In this document: in pieces, positions 39,210 to 49,008 of the stretch
How the letters are laid out: each line of letters opens with the position of its first letter
How positions within the stretch are numbered: the stretch's first letter is position 1
Virus record (IMG/VR): IMGVR_UViG_3300037419_000959
Location: 1-56,357 of that record
Origin: a virus
Length of the DNA: 56,357 bases
Strand: one strand, 5' to 3'
The notes under the pieces: generated by a model
Told to the model about the DNA's origin: nothing
Seen by the model: the letters and a program-made list of their open reading frames with translations, nothing else
The model's database searches: none
Translations under genes and position numbers: made by a program

Positions 39210-42101
39210 TTAGCGCCAATCGCCATCGGCCGGGAAATTGATCCCGTCGAATGAAACGTAGTTGAGATCGGCGCCAGGGCCGGAATTGTTGGTACGGTCG
39301 ACATAGACAAGGCCACGATCCGTAGACAGGGCATTGTTCGCGCCAAGGATCGTCACATTGACCGTCAGCCCGTTGGTCCGAGTGCCTACTTTTGCGGCGC
39401 CAGCTGGGACGGCAATCGTCTTGTCTTTCGCCGGTCTCCAACCCTTGGGAAGCTGAAAGGCGGAATTCGAAGCGCCAACGGCGTCGACATCAAAGTCGAG
39501 TCGTCCGTACATGAAGACGCGGCCCGTCCTGTCGCGCTGCAGTTCTATGCCGCCGCCGCGATAGTCGGGAGAAGTTGTCAGATCAACAGGAGTATTTGGA
39601 GGGTTTGCGGCGACATAGGTGCCGGTGGAAAAGCTCCAGCCGGTTTTCAATTGTGATGTGGCAAGCTTATAGATATCCAGTCCGCCAGCATTGGCTGTCG
39701 CCCCGCCGCCTTCCATGAGGGCTTGTTGAGGGGCGCGGCTATCGATGACTTCAATGCCGAAGATTTGGCCGTAGTTGGAATCGCCGCTGTAACTGGTGAG
39801 GTTGTCGATCTCGCAGCCGAAGAAATAGATTGCCCGCTCCAGATTTGGCGTATGCCCGGATATCGCGGTGTTGATCGCATCGGCCGGAGGCGTGATCGTC
39901 ACCCAACTGCCAACGCCAACGCCTGGGCCGCTCTGGGATGTCTTGGCTCCATTCCAATAGGCCCGCCCCATTTCGGAAATCTTGAAGGCGTCCACGCCGT
40001 TCGTGAAAACTTCATCGACATCCGCGTCAAGCAGATAGATACGCAACGATGCCCTGCGTGCCGGCTGAGTGCGCTTCTTGTCGTCGGTGCGCTCGCAACG
40101 GGCCGCGAGAATACGTCCGTTGCAGATCGTGAGCGGCGTGGGCTCGTCCCAAATCTGACCACCATAGCTATCCGTGGGGCGCACGAGATCGAAATCGAAG
40201 GTGGCTAGATTATCCGTCGACCACCAGAATTTCGAGCGCGCATCGCTGTTGGTATCCTCGTCTGCGGTTAAGTCAATATCCGTGCCACGGCAGAACCCGC
40301 AGAGGCGCCCCGAGCCTGCATTGACAATCGTGCCTTCATTGCCAGCGAACCCCATATAGGCAATTGTCGGGGCTATGGAATACAGTGAATTGTACCGAAC
40401 GACATGCATACCCTGTGCGCTGCCGAGCGTGGTCAGGATGTCGCCGTTATCCGCAAGAGCGAAGGAATGCTGATAACGCAATGAGCCAGAGGCAAGCGTG
40501 ATGGAGGGCCATAGCGCTTGATAGACAGCGTCCAGCGTAGACGTGATGTCCACCATGGTGAAATCGCCATCGCTCGCGTCCTGAAGGTCACAGGTGGTGA
40601 CAAGATCGCCGGAATCGAGATTGGCATTGCCGGATGTCGTGAACTCGAAATATGCCGCAGTGGCATTCGTGATCGCGACTGTATTGCTGATCAGCGTGGT
40701 GTTGTTGATCGTGCCGCCCGCTACCATGTCGACGCCGTTGATCACAAGCACCGGCATCGTGACCACATCGCCAGCAAAATAGCCGTGATCGGTGAGGTAA
40801 ATGCGAATTTTAGCCGCGCCGTTGAATGTGCGCGCATTGCAGCTAGAGCGGATTTTCCGATAGTCTGCAAGCTTCCGATGCCAGATCGAATAGCTCCGCA
40901 CCGTCCCATCGGTGAGATAGAAATACGGGAATAAAACCTGCCGGCCGCCGCGGTTGACGCCAGCCGCCATACAGGTGAGGTTGTCGTTGTTGCCCGTGCG
41001 CGTGGTTTTGAAGCCGGTCTCGGGACGCAAGATGACTTCCGGAAAGCCAAACGATGTCCCGCCATCAACCGAGCGCTGCATTACCAGCATGTTGTCTGCG
41101 GAATGGTGACCACTGCCGACGACGTAGGGAACGAAGATGGCCCCATGCGGGCCGATATGGGCTTTGTCCTGAGCCCATTTGCAGTATTTGTTGAGCCCCG
41201 TCATGCGGAAGGCGCGGAAGCGATAAGTGCCTTCCGTGGGGACGCCGACTTGCAGGATTTCCTGCTTACCGTTCCTATAGCGGTTGCCATCCTGCCATGT
41301 CGTGACGGGCGTGCGTAGACCGCCCATATCGATTGCGAGGCCGCTTAGCTCGCTTTCGAGCGTAGTAAATTTTGATGTCTGGTCGCCGGTCTCGTTGATG
41401 CCGTAGAGGGGCAGCACAGCGGGATAGAATTCGTTGAGCATCCCGACATGAGAATCATCGTTAAGCGTGTTGTCGCCAACCGTGCCATCACCTGGAGTAT
41501 TGACAGTACGAGTGGCGAGCACATGTCCGTAGACCGCGTCTAAAGACGTGGGAAGTGGGCTGATCGCGAGACTGAAAGTCGTGCCAGAAAACGATAGGTC
41601 AGCCGGATTAATTGCCCGGCCATTGACATAAACGATCAGCGCCGCCTTGGACGGGATCGTCGCGCCAGTTTCATATGGGCCGGCCCCGGCGCCAGCGAGA
41701 TCAAACAGCGTAGGCGTCGGATCATAACCGAAGATGCCGGCCGCCGAGAAGGCGAATGCCGTTGTGCCAAACGCGATGGGGTCCGCATTGGCGACGGTGA
41801 ACGTATCATATGGCTGAGAACCGCGGTTTGCCACAGAGACGCGCGTACCCTGCACGACGTCGTCATTGCGCGAGAAATCCGCCGAACGTGTCCACGGGCC
41901 TGTGTCGACGTAGTAAATGCCGTTGTCGCGTGCATCCGTCTGGCTTCGAACAAGCACACGGTCGCCAACATTCAAGGCGATGCCATCGATCGTCTGGACG
42001 CCCTCAAGCACGATATTGCTTGGCGTAGAGACGCGGACAGGGCCTTTCCAGGCGGCAGCCGAGGAGAGCCCGGCGGCGCGGTCAAAAACAGTGCTTGTCA
42101 T
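39210..42101 (-). CDS. Large tail fibre/tailspike with BNR/Asp-box (sialidase-like beta-propeller) motifs
   Basis: 963 aa. N-terminal VRVSTPSNIVLEGVQTIDGIALNVGDRVLVRSQTDARDNGIYYV is a common tailspike head-binding-type segment. Asp-boxes SVDGGTSF and STDNLATF. Confidence 0.75.
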   Translation of the reverse strand: MTSTVFDRAAGLSSAAAWKGPVRVSTPSNIVLEGVQTIDGIALNVGDRVLVRSQTDARDNGIYYVDTGPWTRSADFSRNDDVVQGTRVSVANRGSQPYDTFTVANADPIAFGTTAFAFSAAGIFGYDPTPTLFDLAGAGAGPYETGATIPSKAALIVYVNGRAINPADLSFSGTTFSLAISPLPTSLDAVYGHVLATRTVNTPGDGTVGDNTLNDDSHVGMLNEFYPAVLPLYGINETGDQTSKFTTLESELSGLAIDMGGLRTPVTTWQDGNRYRNGKQEILQVGVPTEGTYRFRAFRMTGLNKYCKWAQDKAHIGPHGAIFVPYVVGSGHHSADNMLVMQRSVDGGTSFGFPEVILRPETGFKTTRTGNNDNLTCMAAGVNRGGRQVLFPYFYLTDGTVRSYSIWHRKLADYRKIRSSCNARTFNGAAKIRIYLTDHGYFAGDVVTMPVLVINGVDMVAGGTINNTTLISNTVAITNATAAYFEFTTSGNANLDSGDLVTTCDLQDASDGDFTMVDITSTLDAVYQALWPSITLASGSLRYQHSFALADNGDILTTLGSAQGMHVVRYNSLYSIAPTIAYMGFAGNEGTIVNAGSGRLCGFCRGTDIDLTADEDTNSDARSKFWWSTDNLATFDFDLVRPTDSYGGQIWDEPTPLTICNGRILAARCERTDDKKRTQPARRASLRIYLLDADVDEVFTNGVDAFKISEMGRAYWNGAKTSQSGPGVGVGSWVTITPPADAINTAISGHTPNLERAIYFFGCEIDNLTSYSGDSNYGQIFGIEVIDSRAPQQALMEGGGATANAGGLDIYKLATSQLKTGWSFSTGTYVAANPPNTPVDLTTSPDYRGGGIELQRDRTGRVFMYGRLDFDVDAVGASNSAFQLPKGWRPAKDKTIAVPAGAAKVGTRTNGLTVNVTILGANNALSTDRGLVYVDRTNNSGPGADLNYVSFDGINFPADGDWR

Positions 42102-42121
42102 GGGAAGCCTTTTCAGGACAT

Positions 42122-42146
42122 AGAAAAAGGCCCTCGAAGGAGCCTT
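42122..42146 (-). terminator. Intrinsic terminator between the internal-virion genes and tail fibre genes (near-twin of 36331..36352)
   Basis: The minus strand reads AAGGCTC-CTTCGA-GGGCCTT followed by TTTC. Shares GAAAAAGGCCC(T/C)CGAAGGAGCCT with the 36.3-kb element. Confidence 0.65.
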
Positions 42147-42170
42147 GCAGAAACCAGATTGTGGTTTAGA

Positions 42171-42377
42171 TCAGCAGTCGCGAGCCGTAGCGCTATATTT
42201 TGTGCATTCGCCTTCGTCTTCCGAATGTTTGGCGAACATCAAACCCCCGCCAATGGCGAGCACGATCAGCATAACGTACAACCATGAACGAATGCGCTCT
42301 GAGGTGTAGGTGTCATCCCTGAAGATCAGGATCACGGCATAGACTGCAAACACGACCGCCGCGAATATCCAGATCAT
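42171..42377 (-). CDS. Small two-TM membrane protein (68 aa)
   Basis: MIWIFAAVVFAVYAVILIF...WLYVMLIVLAIGGGLMFA. ORF track. Confidence 0.5.
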   Translation of the reverse strand: MIWIFAAVVFAVYAVILIFRDDTYTSERIRSWLYVMLIVLAIGGGLMFAKHSEDEGECTKYSATARDC

Positions 42378-42383
42378 CGTACC

Positions 42384-45300
42384 TCATTGTAGGGCTGGTT
42401 TAACTCCAGCATTAATCATAGTCCTAATGCCGGGCAATGCGCTACCCGGAATTTGACGAAGCGCGGCATCGATAGCGCCACGCTTTTGCGAAGCCGTAAT
42501 GTCTGGCGTTTCAGAATCGACCTTGGATAATTGGTGGCGCGAGACCGCGGCGAGGATCGTTGCCAGATCGCTGAATAAACCCGCCGTAGGGCCTGCTACA
42601 GCGCCAATCGGGTCACGGCTGGCATAACGTGTCGGGGCGCCGGAATGGTCCTTGTCGCCAGCGATACGGGAGAAGATGCTGGAGATGGATGTATTGGGAC
42701 CGCCAAGCGAAGCCGAAACTTTGTCAGCGGTGTTGCTCACATCAAATGGAAGATAGAAAATCCCTGCTCGATCAAGCCCGTCTCCAACCCACTTCCCCGG
42801 ATTTTGCAGCAGATTGTTGGCCTTGTCGTAATCCCCGCGCTCAATCATCTTGAGGTAGCCTATCATCATGCCGACTGCGGTTCCTAGCACCATACCTTCC
42901 ATCAGGCGTCGCGGGCGTTCTTGCAGTCCTGCGATAAGCACGCGCTGATGAGATGCAACGCCGAAGCTTTTGAACTGTGTGAGCAGCCGTCCAGTATTCG
43001 TCTTCATCCACAACGGCACGTCACCCATGCCAGGCTTGACGATAGTGCGGTCTGTGTCCTTATTCAGTGCGGCGCCGAAAGCCCGTCTGGCTAGATCGTC
43101 ATCCCATTCGCTGACGTTCCCGCCGTGGATGCCCTGATCAGTGACGCCATGCTTGTTGAACTGCTCAGCGATGCGCTGCGCCATGTCCTCGTCAATTCCA
43201 AGATAGGCCATATAGGCCTTCTCGCGCTTGTCGATCTTCCCCCAATTCATGGAATTCTTCAGAACCCGGTTTTCCGTCATGACTGCGGAAATCGTGTTCA
43301 TCATGTCCGTCCACCAGCCAATGCCCGTCATCTTCGTGAAGGCGTTGGCGGTGTTATCCAGGTAGCGCTCAAACCTATTCCCGAAGCGATACGGGTCATT
43401 GAGATCAGCCATGGATGCAAGGCGGTGCTGCATCACGCTTTCAGCTACGGCGCCAAGTTCCTTTGCGTCCTGCTTGGCGATCTTGATGGCGCGAATGCCG
43501 TTCACGCGGCTGGTGAGGATCGGCAACGCCTCTTTCATCGTGGCACGAAGGCCGTGGACCATCGGAATTCTGGCCGCGTCAGTGAGGCTTCCTAGCGTTA
43601 CACCGCCGAGCAAACGCATATAGTTCCACGTCAGGGCTGCTTTAGTGATAGCGTTCCAGCCGGAAGAGCGGTCAGCCGTCCGATATGTCCCTCTCGCCAT
43701 ATCCCTAAAAGCCTTCAGATGCTTTACGTCTTTGACTTCTGCTTCGTCCAGTTTCACGCGCTCGATTGGCGTCTTTGCCTCGGCACGAAGTTGTTCGTAA
43801 TCCTTGGCGACCTGATCGAACTGCTCTTTCATGTCAGGGCGGCCAAACCTCTTATTCAACTCTATATCCGCAGCCATCAGCCGAGAGTAACGCTGGAGAA
43901 TATGTGCCATGTCGTTATGCAGAAAGTCTTCAATCTTGGCATCAGGGATGTTGAATGTGCGTTCCTTCAGCGGGCCGCGGACAGTCGGGACGACCCATTC
44001 TGGGATGTCACCATTTCCTTTCCCCGTCAGATTATTGAAGACATCAGAGATCACGCCTTCAATATAGTCCTTCTTGTCAGCCTCGCTTACAAAGTCAGGC
44101 GTCTTCGGCGCTTCCTTGTCGGCCTTTTGCAATGCCTCGATCTTGTCGAGTTCGTTTGTAAAATATTCCCTGGCAATCTGTCGGAAACGCGGTTCCTCGC
44201 CGATCAGCTTTTCACGGTTCCACATGCGGGTAACGTAGCTTGCTGCCGTCGTGGTCTTCACGTCATCCGGCAACAGGCCTTCAGCTTTGGCGCGCTCGAA
44301 CAGGGGATCAAAGACTTTCTCGCGCGCAGCCTTGGCTGTATTGGTAATGAACTCGTTTCCAGCCGAGTCCAGATCCCCGCGGCGCCCAGCCTGTGCTACA
44401 CGCTCAAGAAATTGCGTCTTGGACAATGTTTCGCCAGTGGCCGGGAAGCGTGACGTGATGGCATTCTGGCCTAGTGACTGGCGATACCTGAGATATTGCT
44501 CATCCGCCAGGCGCTTCCAGTCGCCATAGGCGCCACGCGTATACGTCTTGACCAGATTTTCGACATCCGCACCAAGCGTTTTGCCTTCCATGTTCATGGT
44601 GGTGTAGATCGGGTTATCGACCATTTTCAGGTAGATTTCCCGCACCTTGGCAGAAGGCGAAAGCATGGTGCGGATGCCTGGGCTTAGCCGCGCAGCAGCT
44701 GTAGCATTTGCCACGATCTGCGCAGCCCTTGGTCCGCCAACGCCCATCTCTTGAAGCGTGGGAGCAATATCGTCTACAGACTGAGCGCCAGCGGCCTGAG
44801 CACGCTTCACCATCTGCTCGACAACAGCATTCGGGTTTGCCACTTCCCCCGATAGATCCTCCTCCAGGCTCTTTGATACCTGATTCCATTCTCCATGCGT
44901 GAAGAACTTCGAAAGGCCGGCGCCGAGCAGGCCGCCAAGGATTGTTGAGCCGCCGATGGCGAAGGCGCTTTCCTCTGGCGTGCGTGTCGGTTGGTTCGCC
45001 TGAAGTGCAGTCTCCTGAATGGCCGTGGACAATCCGGCCGATGCACCGACCGCCAGGGCGCTCTTCAATGCATCAAAGCCGATCTTGCCGCCTCTGACCA
45101 GCGCCCCGCCAGGAATGAGCGTGGGAAGATCGATTACACTGGCGCCGAAATTCAGCAGCGTTCCGGTCCAGCCCGATTGAGCGAGCGTCTGCTGGTCCTT
45201 ACGAGACTGGTCGATCTGCTGCTTTAACGCTGTGTCGGCTGTCTGATTATAGACGTGTTCGAACAGAGGCGCATATTCTTCGTAGCCTTTGATATCCTTG

Positions 45301-45500
45301 TAAGGATCATAGACAGGGTCGATCTTTGTTAGATCGTGAACGTCATAATCCAGCCGCGGATTTGCTATGGTTGACACGACGGAATTGCTCTGGCGGAGAG
45401 CGGCACCCATGCTCTGCATAAATGATAGCGGCGGCTGATCGTCAGGCGTATAGCCGACATATCCAGCATCATCGAAGGTAACGGACTTGTTGAGCGGCAT
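42384..45500 (-). CDS. Internal virion (core/ejection) protein, large (1038 aa)
   Basis: Size and position (after the SLT-containing protein, before the fibres) match the T7-type gp15/gp16 class. No enzymatic motif recognised. Confidence 0.55.
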   Translation of the reverse strand: MPLNKSVTFDDAGYVGYTPDDQPPLSFMQSMGAALRQSNSVVSTIANPRLDYDVHDLTKIDPVYDPYKDIKGYEEYAPLFEHVYNQTADTALKQQIDQSRKDQQTLAQSGWTGTLLNFGASVIDLPTLIPGGALVRGGKIGFDALKSALAVGASAGLSTAIQETALQANQPTRTPEESAFAIGGSTILGGLLGAGLSKFFTHGEWNQVSKSLEEDLSGEVANPNAVVEQMVKRAQAAGAQSVDDIAPTLQEMGVGGPRAAQIVANATAAARLSPGIRTMLSPSAKVREIYLKMVDNPIYTTMNMEGKTLGADVENLVKTYTRGAYGDWKRLADEQYLRYRQSLGQNAITSRFPATGETLSKTQFLERVAQAGRRGDLDSAGNEFITNTAKAAREKVFDPLFERAKAEGLLPDDVKTTTAASYVTRMWNREKLIGEEPRFRQIAREYFTNELDKIEALQKADKEAPKTPDFVSEADKKDYIEGVISDVFNNLTGKGNGDIPEWVVPTVRGPLKERTFNIPDAKIEDFLHNDMAHILQRYSRLMAADIELNKRFGRPDMKEQFDQVAKDYEQLRAEAKTPIERVKLDEAEVKDVKHLKAFRDMARGTYRTADRSSGWNAITKAALTWNYMRLLGGVTLGSLTDAARIPMVHGLRATMKEALPILTSRVNGIRAIKIAKQDAKELGAVAESVMQHRLASMADLNDPYRFGNRFERYLDNTANAFTKMTGIGWWTDMMNTISAVMTENRVLKNSMNWGKIDKREKAYMAYLGIDEDMAQRIAEQFNKHGVTDQGIHGGNVSEWDDDLARRAFGAALNKDTDRTIVKPGMGDVPLWMKTNTGRLLTQFKSFGVASHQRVLIAGLQERPRRLMEGMVLGTAVGMMIGYLKMIERGDYDKANNLLQNPGKWVGDGLDRAGIFYLPFDVSNTADKVSASLGGPNTSISSIFSRIAGDKDHSGAPTRYASRDPIGAVAGPTAGLFSDLATILAAVSRHQLSKVDSETPDITASQKRGAIDAALRQIPGSALPGIRTMINAGVKPALQ

Positions 45501-48500
45501 TACTGATTGAACAACTGATCTTCAGGAGACACGGATGGCTCCAGATTGCCGTTAGGCGTTGATGGCGTAATGCGCTTTTCCTCCTGCATTTTCTGATATT
45601 CGTTTTGCATCTCTTGCGCCTTCATCCAATCCGGAGAACCTTCCTTGCGCTTGGCGGCTTCGTTCATGCGACGCTGGATTTCCAGTTCGTTTTGAACATT
45701 ACCCTTCTGCGTCTCAGCCGATTTCTGCACCGCCGTCTGATTGGCCGCTGCAGGATCAGCAACGAATGGATGCTGATATTTGTGGAACTGCCCATCCTGC
45801 TCATAGAAAAGCTGATAGTTGGCCGGCTTGCCCGCATTGAAATCACGCTCCGTCTGCTCATAGGGCATTAGATAAATGCCTGTAGCGTCGATCTTTTCCT
45901 TCTTCAGGTCGTCCATCGCCTGGTTGCGGATATAGTCGTAGGAGCCATTGATATCGGCTGGATACGTCTTTTCCGGCGGGAGCTTCGAAACTGTTTTGCC
46001 AGCAATAGTGAATTGAGACGGGCCATAGAGTTTCATGAACCGATCGTCAGCCATTTTCTTGCCGAGCGTGGTATCGCCGCCGGCATCAGCAATGGATTCC
46101 TCCAGAATGCCCTTGTAATCCGCAACGATGGCCTGTTCACCTTCGGGAGAGTAGCCGACTGACAATTGCTGCTGATTGGCTGTTTCACCAACGTTCGGGC
46201 TTGAGAACGGCAGCCTTGAACCGAACAGACCCGCGACAGTAGAAGAATCAACGGTCTTGATGAAATCCGTGACCGGCTTGGACTTCATCACAGCGTCACG
46301 CTGGCGGACCTGCTCAGGATCATTCAAGGCGATGACCTTGCGCGCGGCTTCGTCAGTCGTATAGCCCATGTCGTTCGTCAGATGACGATAAGCATCCAGG
46401 TTCTTCTGCACCTGCTCGTGCCCGTCCATGGATTGGAACGATGTCGGCGCAAGACGCTGAAGTTGATCAGCCGTTGTCAGGGCGCTGGTCATTTCGGGAA
46501 CAGACTGCGTGACATTGGCGCGGCGAACTTCGGCCTGCATCATCTTCGGGATATAGCCGGTCTGCGAGATAAACGAGCTTGTGAGCGCCGGCCGCTTGTC
46601 TTCCGTGGTCGATGCCATCATTTGCTCAAAGGCCTTGTTGGCGACCTTCGTTACTTCCTCGTTGAATGGATTGATATTGACGCTCTGCCCATTGCCTAGC
46701 ATCGAAATCAGGTCGGAGACGCCAGCATTTTCCTTCAGGGCCGAATTCAGGGAATTGAGAAGCGTCGCCTTCTGCCCGTTGTCCATGTTTGGGCTTTGAA
46801 GAATTTCACTGCGCATCCCCGCTGTCGGACTTGCGGCAATGCGCAGATTGAAATCATCCTGCGCTTGCTGCTGCGTCGCCTTCAGGTTGGCGAGATCCTG
46901 CATTTGCTGCTTGCGCTCGACTTCGCCGGCAATATCGAAAGCCTGCTGGCGAGCCTGCGGAGACACTTTCTGCCAATAGATCGGATAAGATTTTGTCGGG
47001 CCAGTGCTGGTGCTATCGTCCTCAATATGCCAGTTTTCGTTTTCAAGCCGGAACTTGAGCCCAAACTTGCCAGCGTTTTGATGGACCCAATCAACAACCT
47101 GTTGCGGCGCCTTTGCCAAGCTCTCCCCATTGAAAGACAGATCGGCGGCAAGTCCTTTCTGATGGTTGGAGCCGCCGGGTCGTCCATATTCGCTCGATAG
47201 ACCAGTGCGCCTGAAATCACCTTCCCATTTTTCACCGGCCTTCACCGCACCCATCTGCGCAACATCGGCCTCCCACGCGGCGCGGGAAAGTCCATATCGG
47301 CTCATGTTCTTGGCGATGATCGTAGCTTGCTGTTCCGGCGTTCTGTAGCCGGAGAAGATGCCGAGCTTATCCTTGAGTTCAGGCGGTGCATTCTGGAACA
47401 GATTGGCGAGCTTGACGGAGAAATCTCCGTTCAGGCCTTGGATTGCTTCTGGGCCTTTGTCTGTATGCGCCTGGAGATAGGACTTGGCGACCGCCTGTTG
47501 CTGACTGTCGAACTTGCCAGTTGGCCCCATGCCCGCCATGACCTTGCGGTAATAGTCTGACGTTTCTTGCGGCAACACCGAGTCATCACGACCAGCCTTA
47601 AGCCATGCATCCGCGCGCGCAGGGCCGCCATTATAGGCGATGAGCGCGGCTTCCTCGTCACCATGATACTTGGTCAGCATGTCCCCGAGATAGCGCTTGC
47701 CGTATGTCATAGAGACGTCGGGGTTCTTCAGATACTCCTTCTGCTTCTCAAGATCAGCCGGGAAGTTGGTATCACCGATTTCCTTAGCGATGCCAGCCGC
47801 AGTCGCAGGTTCGACCTGCATAAGCCCGATAGCGCCCTTATTGCTCTCGGCATTTGGATCGCCGCCACTTTCGACGCCAGTCATGGCCTTCGCCAGTGTG
47901 TCGACGTTCGGCAGGTTCAACTGACCAGCCTGTGCCGCAAGCTTTGCCTGCTCATCATAGCCGCCCTGAAGCAGCGTTACGCGGGCCTTCTGCGCATCCT
48001 CCGGGGCGATGAGGCCCGACTTTTCGGCCATGTCGATCGAGCCAGCCAGATCGGCGCGGGCCTTTGTCCTGACATCCTCTGGCGTATTCGGATCGATCGC
48101 AATGTTGTAGTTTGTGTTGTTGGCGTCGTTGAGTGCTGCGATTTCAGCACCACGCTTCTTCTGCGTCGACTGATCAATCAACCAGTCCTTCGCTACGACT
48201 GCATCCTTCTGCGCCTCTGCCTGCCAGCGCTCGCGCATCCGCGGGTCGCGAATAAGGTTCGCTGCATCTGTGACTGTCTTGTCAACGGTCGGATCGCCTC
48301 GCTTCGAGAACGTGGAATATTCCGGGTCGTTGACGAATTGGTTCTTGACGTCGAGGATACCTTTGGTCTTGTAGGCTTCAGCCCGAGACAGATCAACGGC
48401 ATTCTGCTGCTGCATCATCGTGCTCGCAGCATCGCTCAGGCCGGCGCCAAGCCGCTCCAGGCCGCGGCCGATACCACTTGCATCATATGTCGCGACCTGC

Positions 48501-48559
48501 CGGCCTGAGCGCAGGCCTGGCTGTTGCGACAGATCATATTGCGTGGGGAGACGCGGCAT
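45500..48559 (-). CDS. Internal virion protein with lytic transglycosylase (SLT) and M15 peptidase domains
   Basis: SLT: MTGVESGGDPNAESNKGAIGLMQV. M15/VanY-like: SGYRTPEQQ...GGSNHQKGLAADL...ENENWHIE. 1019 aa. Confidence 0.8.
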   Translation of the reverse strand: MPRLPTQYDLSQQPGLRSGRQVATYDASGIGRGLERLGAGLSDAASTMMQQQNAVDLSRAEAYKTKGILDVKNQFVNDPEYSTFSKRGDPTVDKTVTDAANLIRDPRMRERWQAEAQKDAVVAKDWLIDQSTQKKRGAEIAALNDANNTNYNIAIDPNTPEDVRTKARADLAGSIDMAEKSGLIAPEDAQKARVTLLQGGYDEQAKLAAQAGQLNLPNVDTLAKAMTGVESGGDPNAESNKGAIGLMQVEPATAAGIAKEIGDTNFPADLEKQKEYLKNPDVSMTYGKRYLGDMLTKYHGDEEAALIAYNGGPARADAWLKAGRDDSVLPQETSDYYRKVMAGMGPTGKFDSQQQAVAKSYLQAHTDKGPEAIQGLNGDFSVKLANLFQNAPPELKDKLGIFSGYRTPEQQATIIAKNMSRYGLSRAAWEADVAQMGAVKAGEKWEGDFRRTGLSSEYGRPGGSNHQKGLAADLSFNGESLAKAPQQVVDWVHQNAGKFGLKFRLENENWHIEDDSTSTGPTKSYPIYWQKVSPQARQQAFDIAGEVERKQQMQDLANLKATQQQAQDDFNLRIAASPTAGMRSEILQSPNMDNGQKATLLNSLNSALKENAGVSDLISMLGNGQSVNINPFNEEVTKVANKAFEQMMASTTEDKRPALTSSFISQTGYIPKMMQAEVRRANVTQSVPEMTSALTTADQLQRLAPTSFQSMDGHEQVQKNLDAYRHLTNDMGYTTDEAARKVIALNDPEQVRQRDAVMKSKPVTDFIKTVDSSTVAGLFGSRLPFSSPNVGETANQQQLSVGYSPEGEQAIVADYKGILEESIADAGGDTTLGKKMADDRFMKLYGPSQFTIAGKTVSKLPPEKTYPADINGSYDYIRNQAMDDLKKEKIDATGIYLMPYEQTERDFNAGKPANYQLFYEQDGQFHKYQHPFVADPAAANQTAVQKSAETQKGNVQNELEIQRRMNEAAKRKEGSPDWMKAQEMQNEYQKMQEEKRITPSTPNGNLEPSVSPEDQLFNQ

Positions 48560-49008
48560 TACTTATACCCAAATGTGGACGGGCCATATTTCGCAAAGCC
48601 GCTAAACAAATCTCCAGCGCCACCGAGGAATGACCCAATCATATTGGCCTGCCCTGTCATCCGGGTGCCTTTTGCCTGATCGAACAAGCCGCGCTTCTGC
48701 TGCTCGCCTGTGTAAAGGCTGGACTGCGCATTCAATTCGCCTTGCCCTGCCGTCTGTGACATAAGCCTGACAATGGTCGGATCTTGCGCGCCGGCACCTG
48801 AAGCCGCAGCAAGCGCCTGTTGGCGAGACTGGACGAGTTGCGCTTCCTTGCGCTGCTGTTCGGCCTGGCGCTGGGACGCGGCAAAGTCTTCCTTGCCTTG
48901 CGCCTCCTGCTGCTGTGCCTCGAATTGAGCCGCGTTGTTCTGCGCAATCCCGCTCGCGATACCACCGACAGCGGAAATGACAGACGCGACTACACCAAGT
49001 GCCGCCAT
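48559..49008 (-). CDS. Internal virion protein, small (gp14-like position)
   Basis: 149 aa. Hydrophobic N-terminus MAALGVVASVISAVGGIASGIA, then a Gln/Ala-rich coiled coil. Confidence 0.5.
   Translation of the reverse strand: MAALGVVASVISAVGGIASGIAQNNAAQFEAQQQEAQGKEDFAASQRQAEQQRKEAQLVQSRQQALAAASGAGAQDPTIVRLMSQTAGQGELNAQSSLYTGEQQKRGLFDQAKGTRMTGQANMIGSFLGGAGDLFSGFAKYGPSTFGYK

Noticed and set aside
39210-42101. A BPP-1-style diversity-generating retroelement targeting the fibre gene
   Set aside because: No reverse transcriptase ORF was recognised anywhere. I saw no template/variable repeat pair near the 3' ends of the fibre or spike genes.
47567-48508. 313-aa plus-strand ORF inside the internal virion protein gene. 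Similar cases are 43719..44453, 43125..43595, 51077..51679 and 54019..54792.
   Set aside because: They are antisense shadows of long minus-strand structural genes that carry SLT/M15 and other coherent features. Their composition is junk-like.
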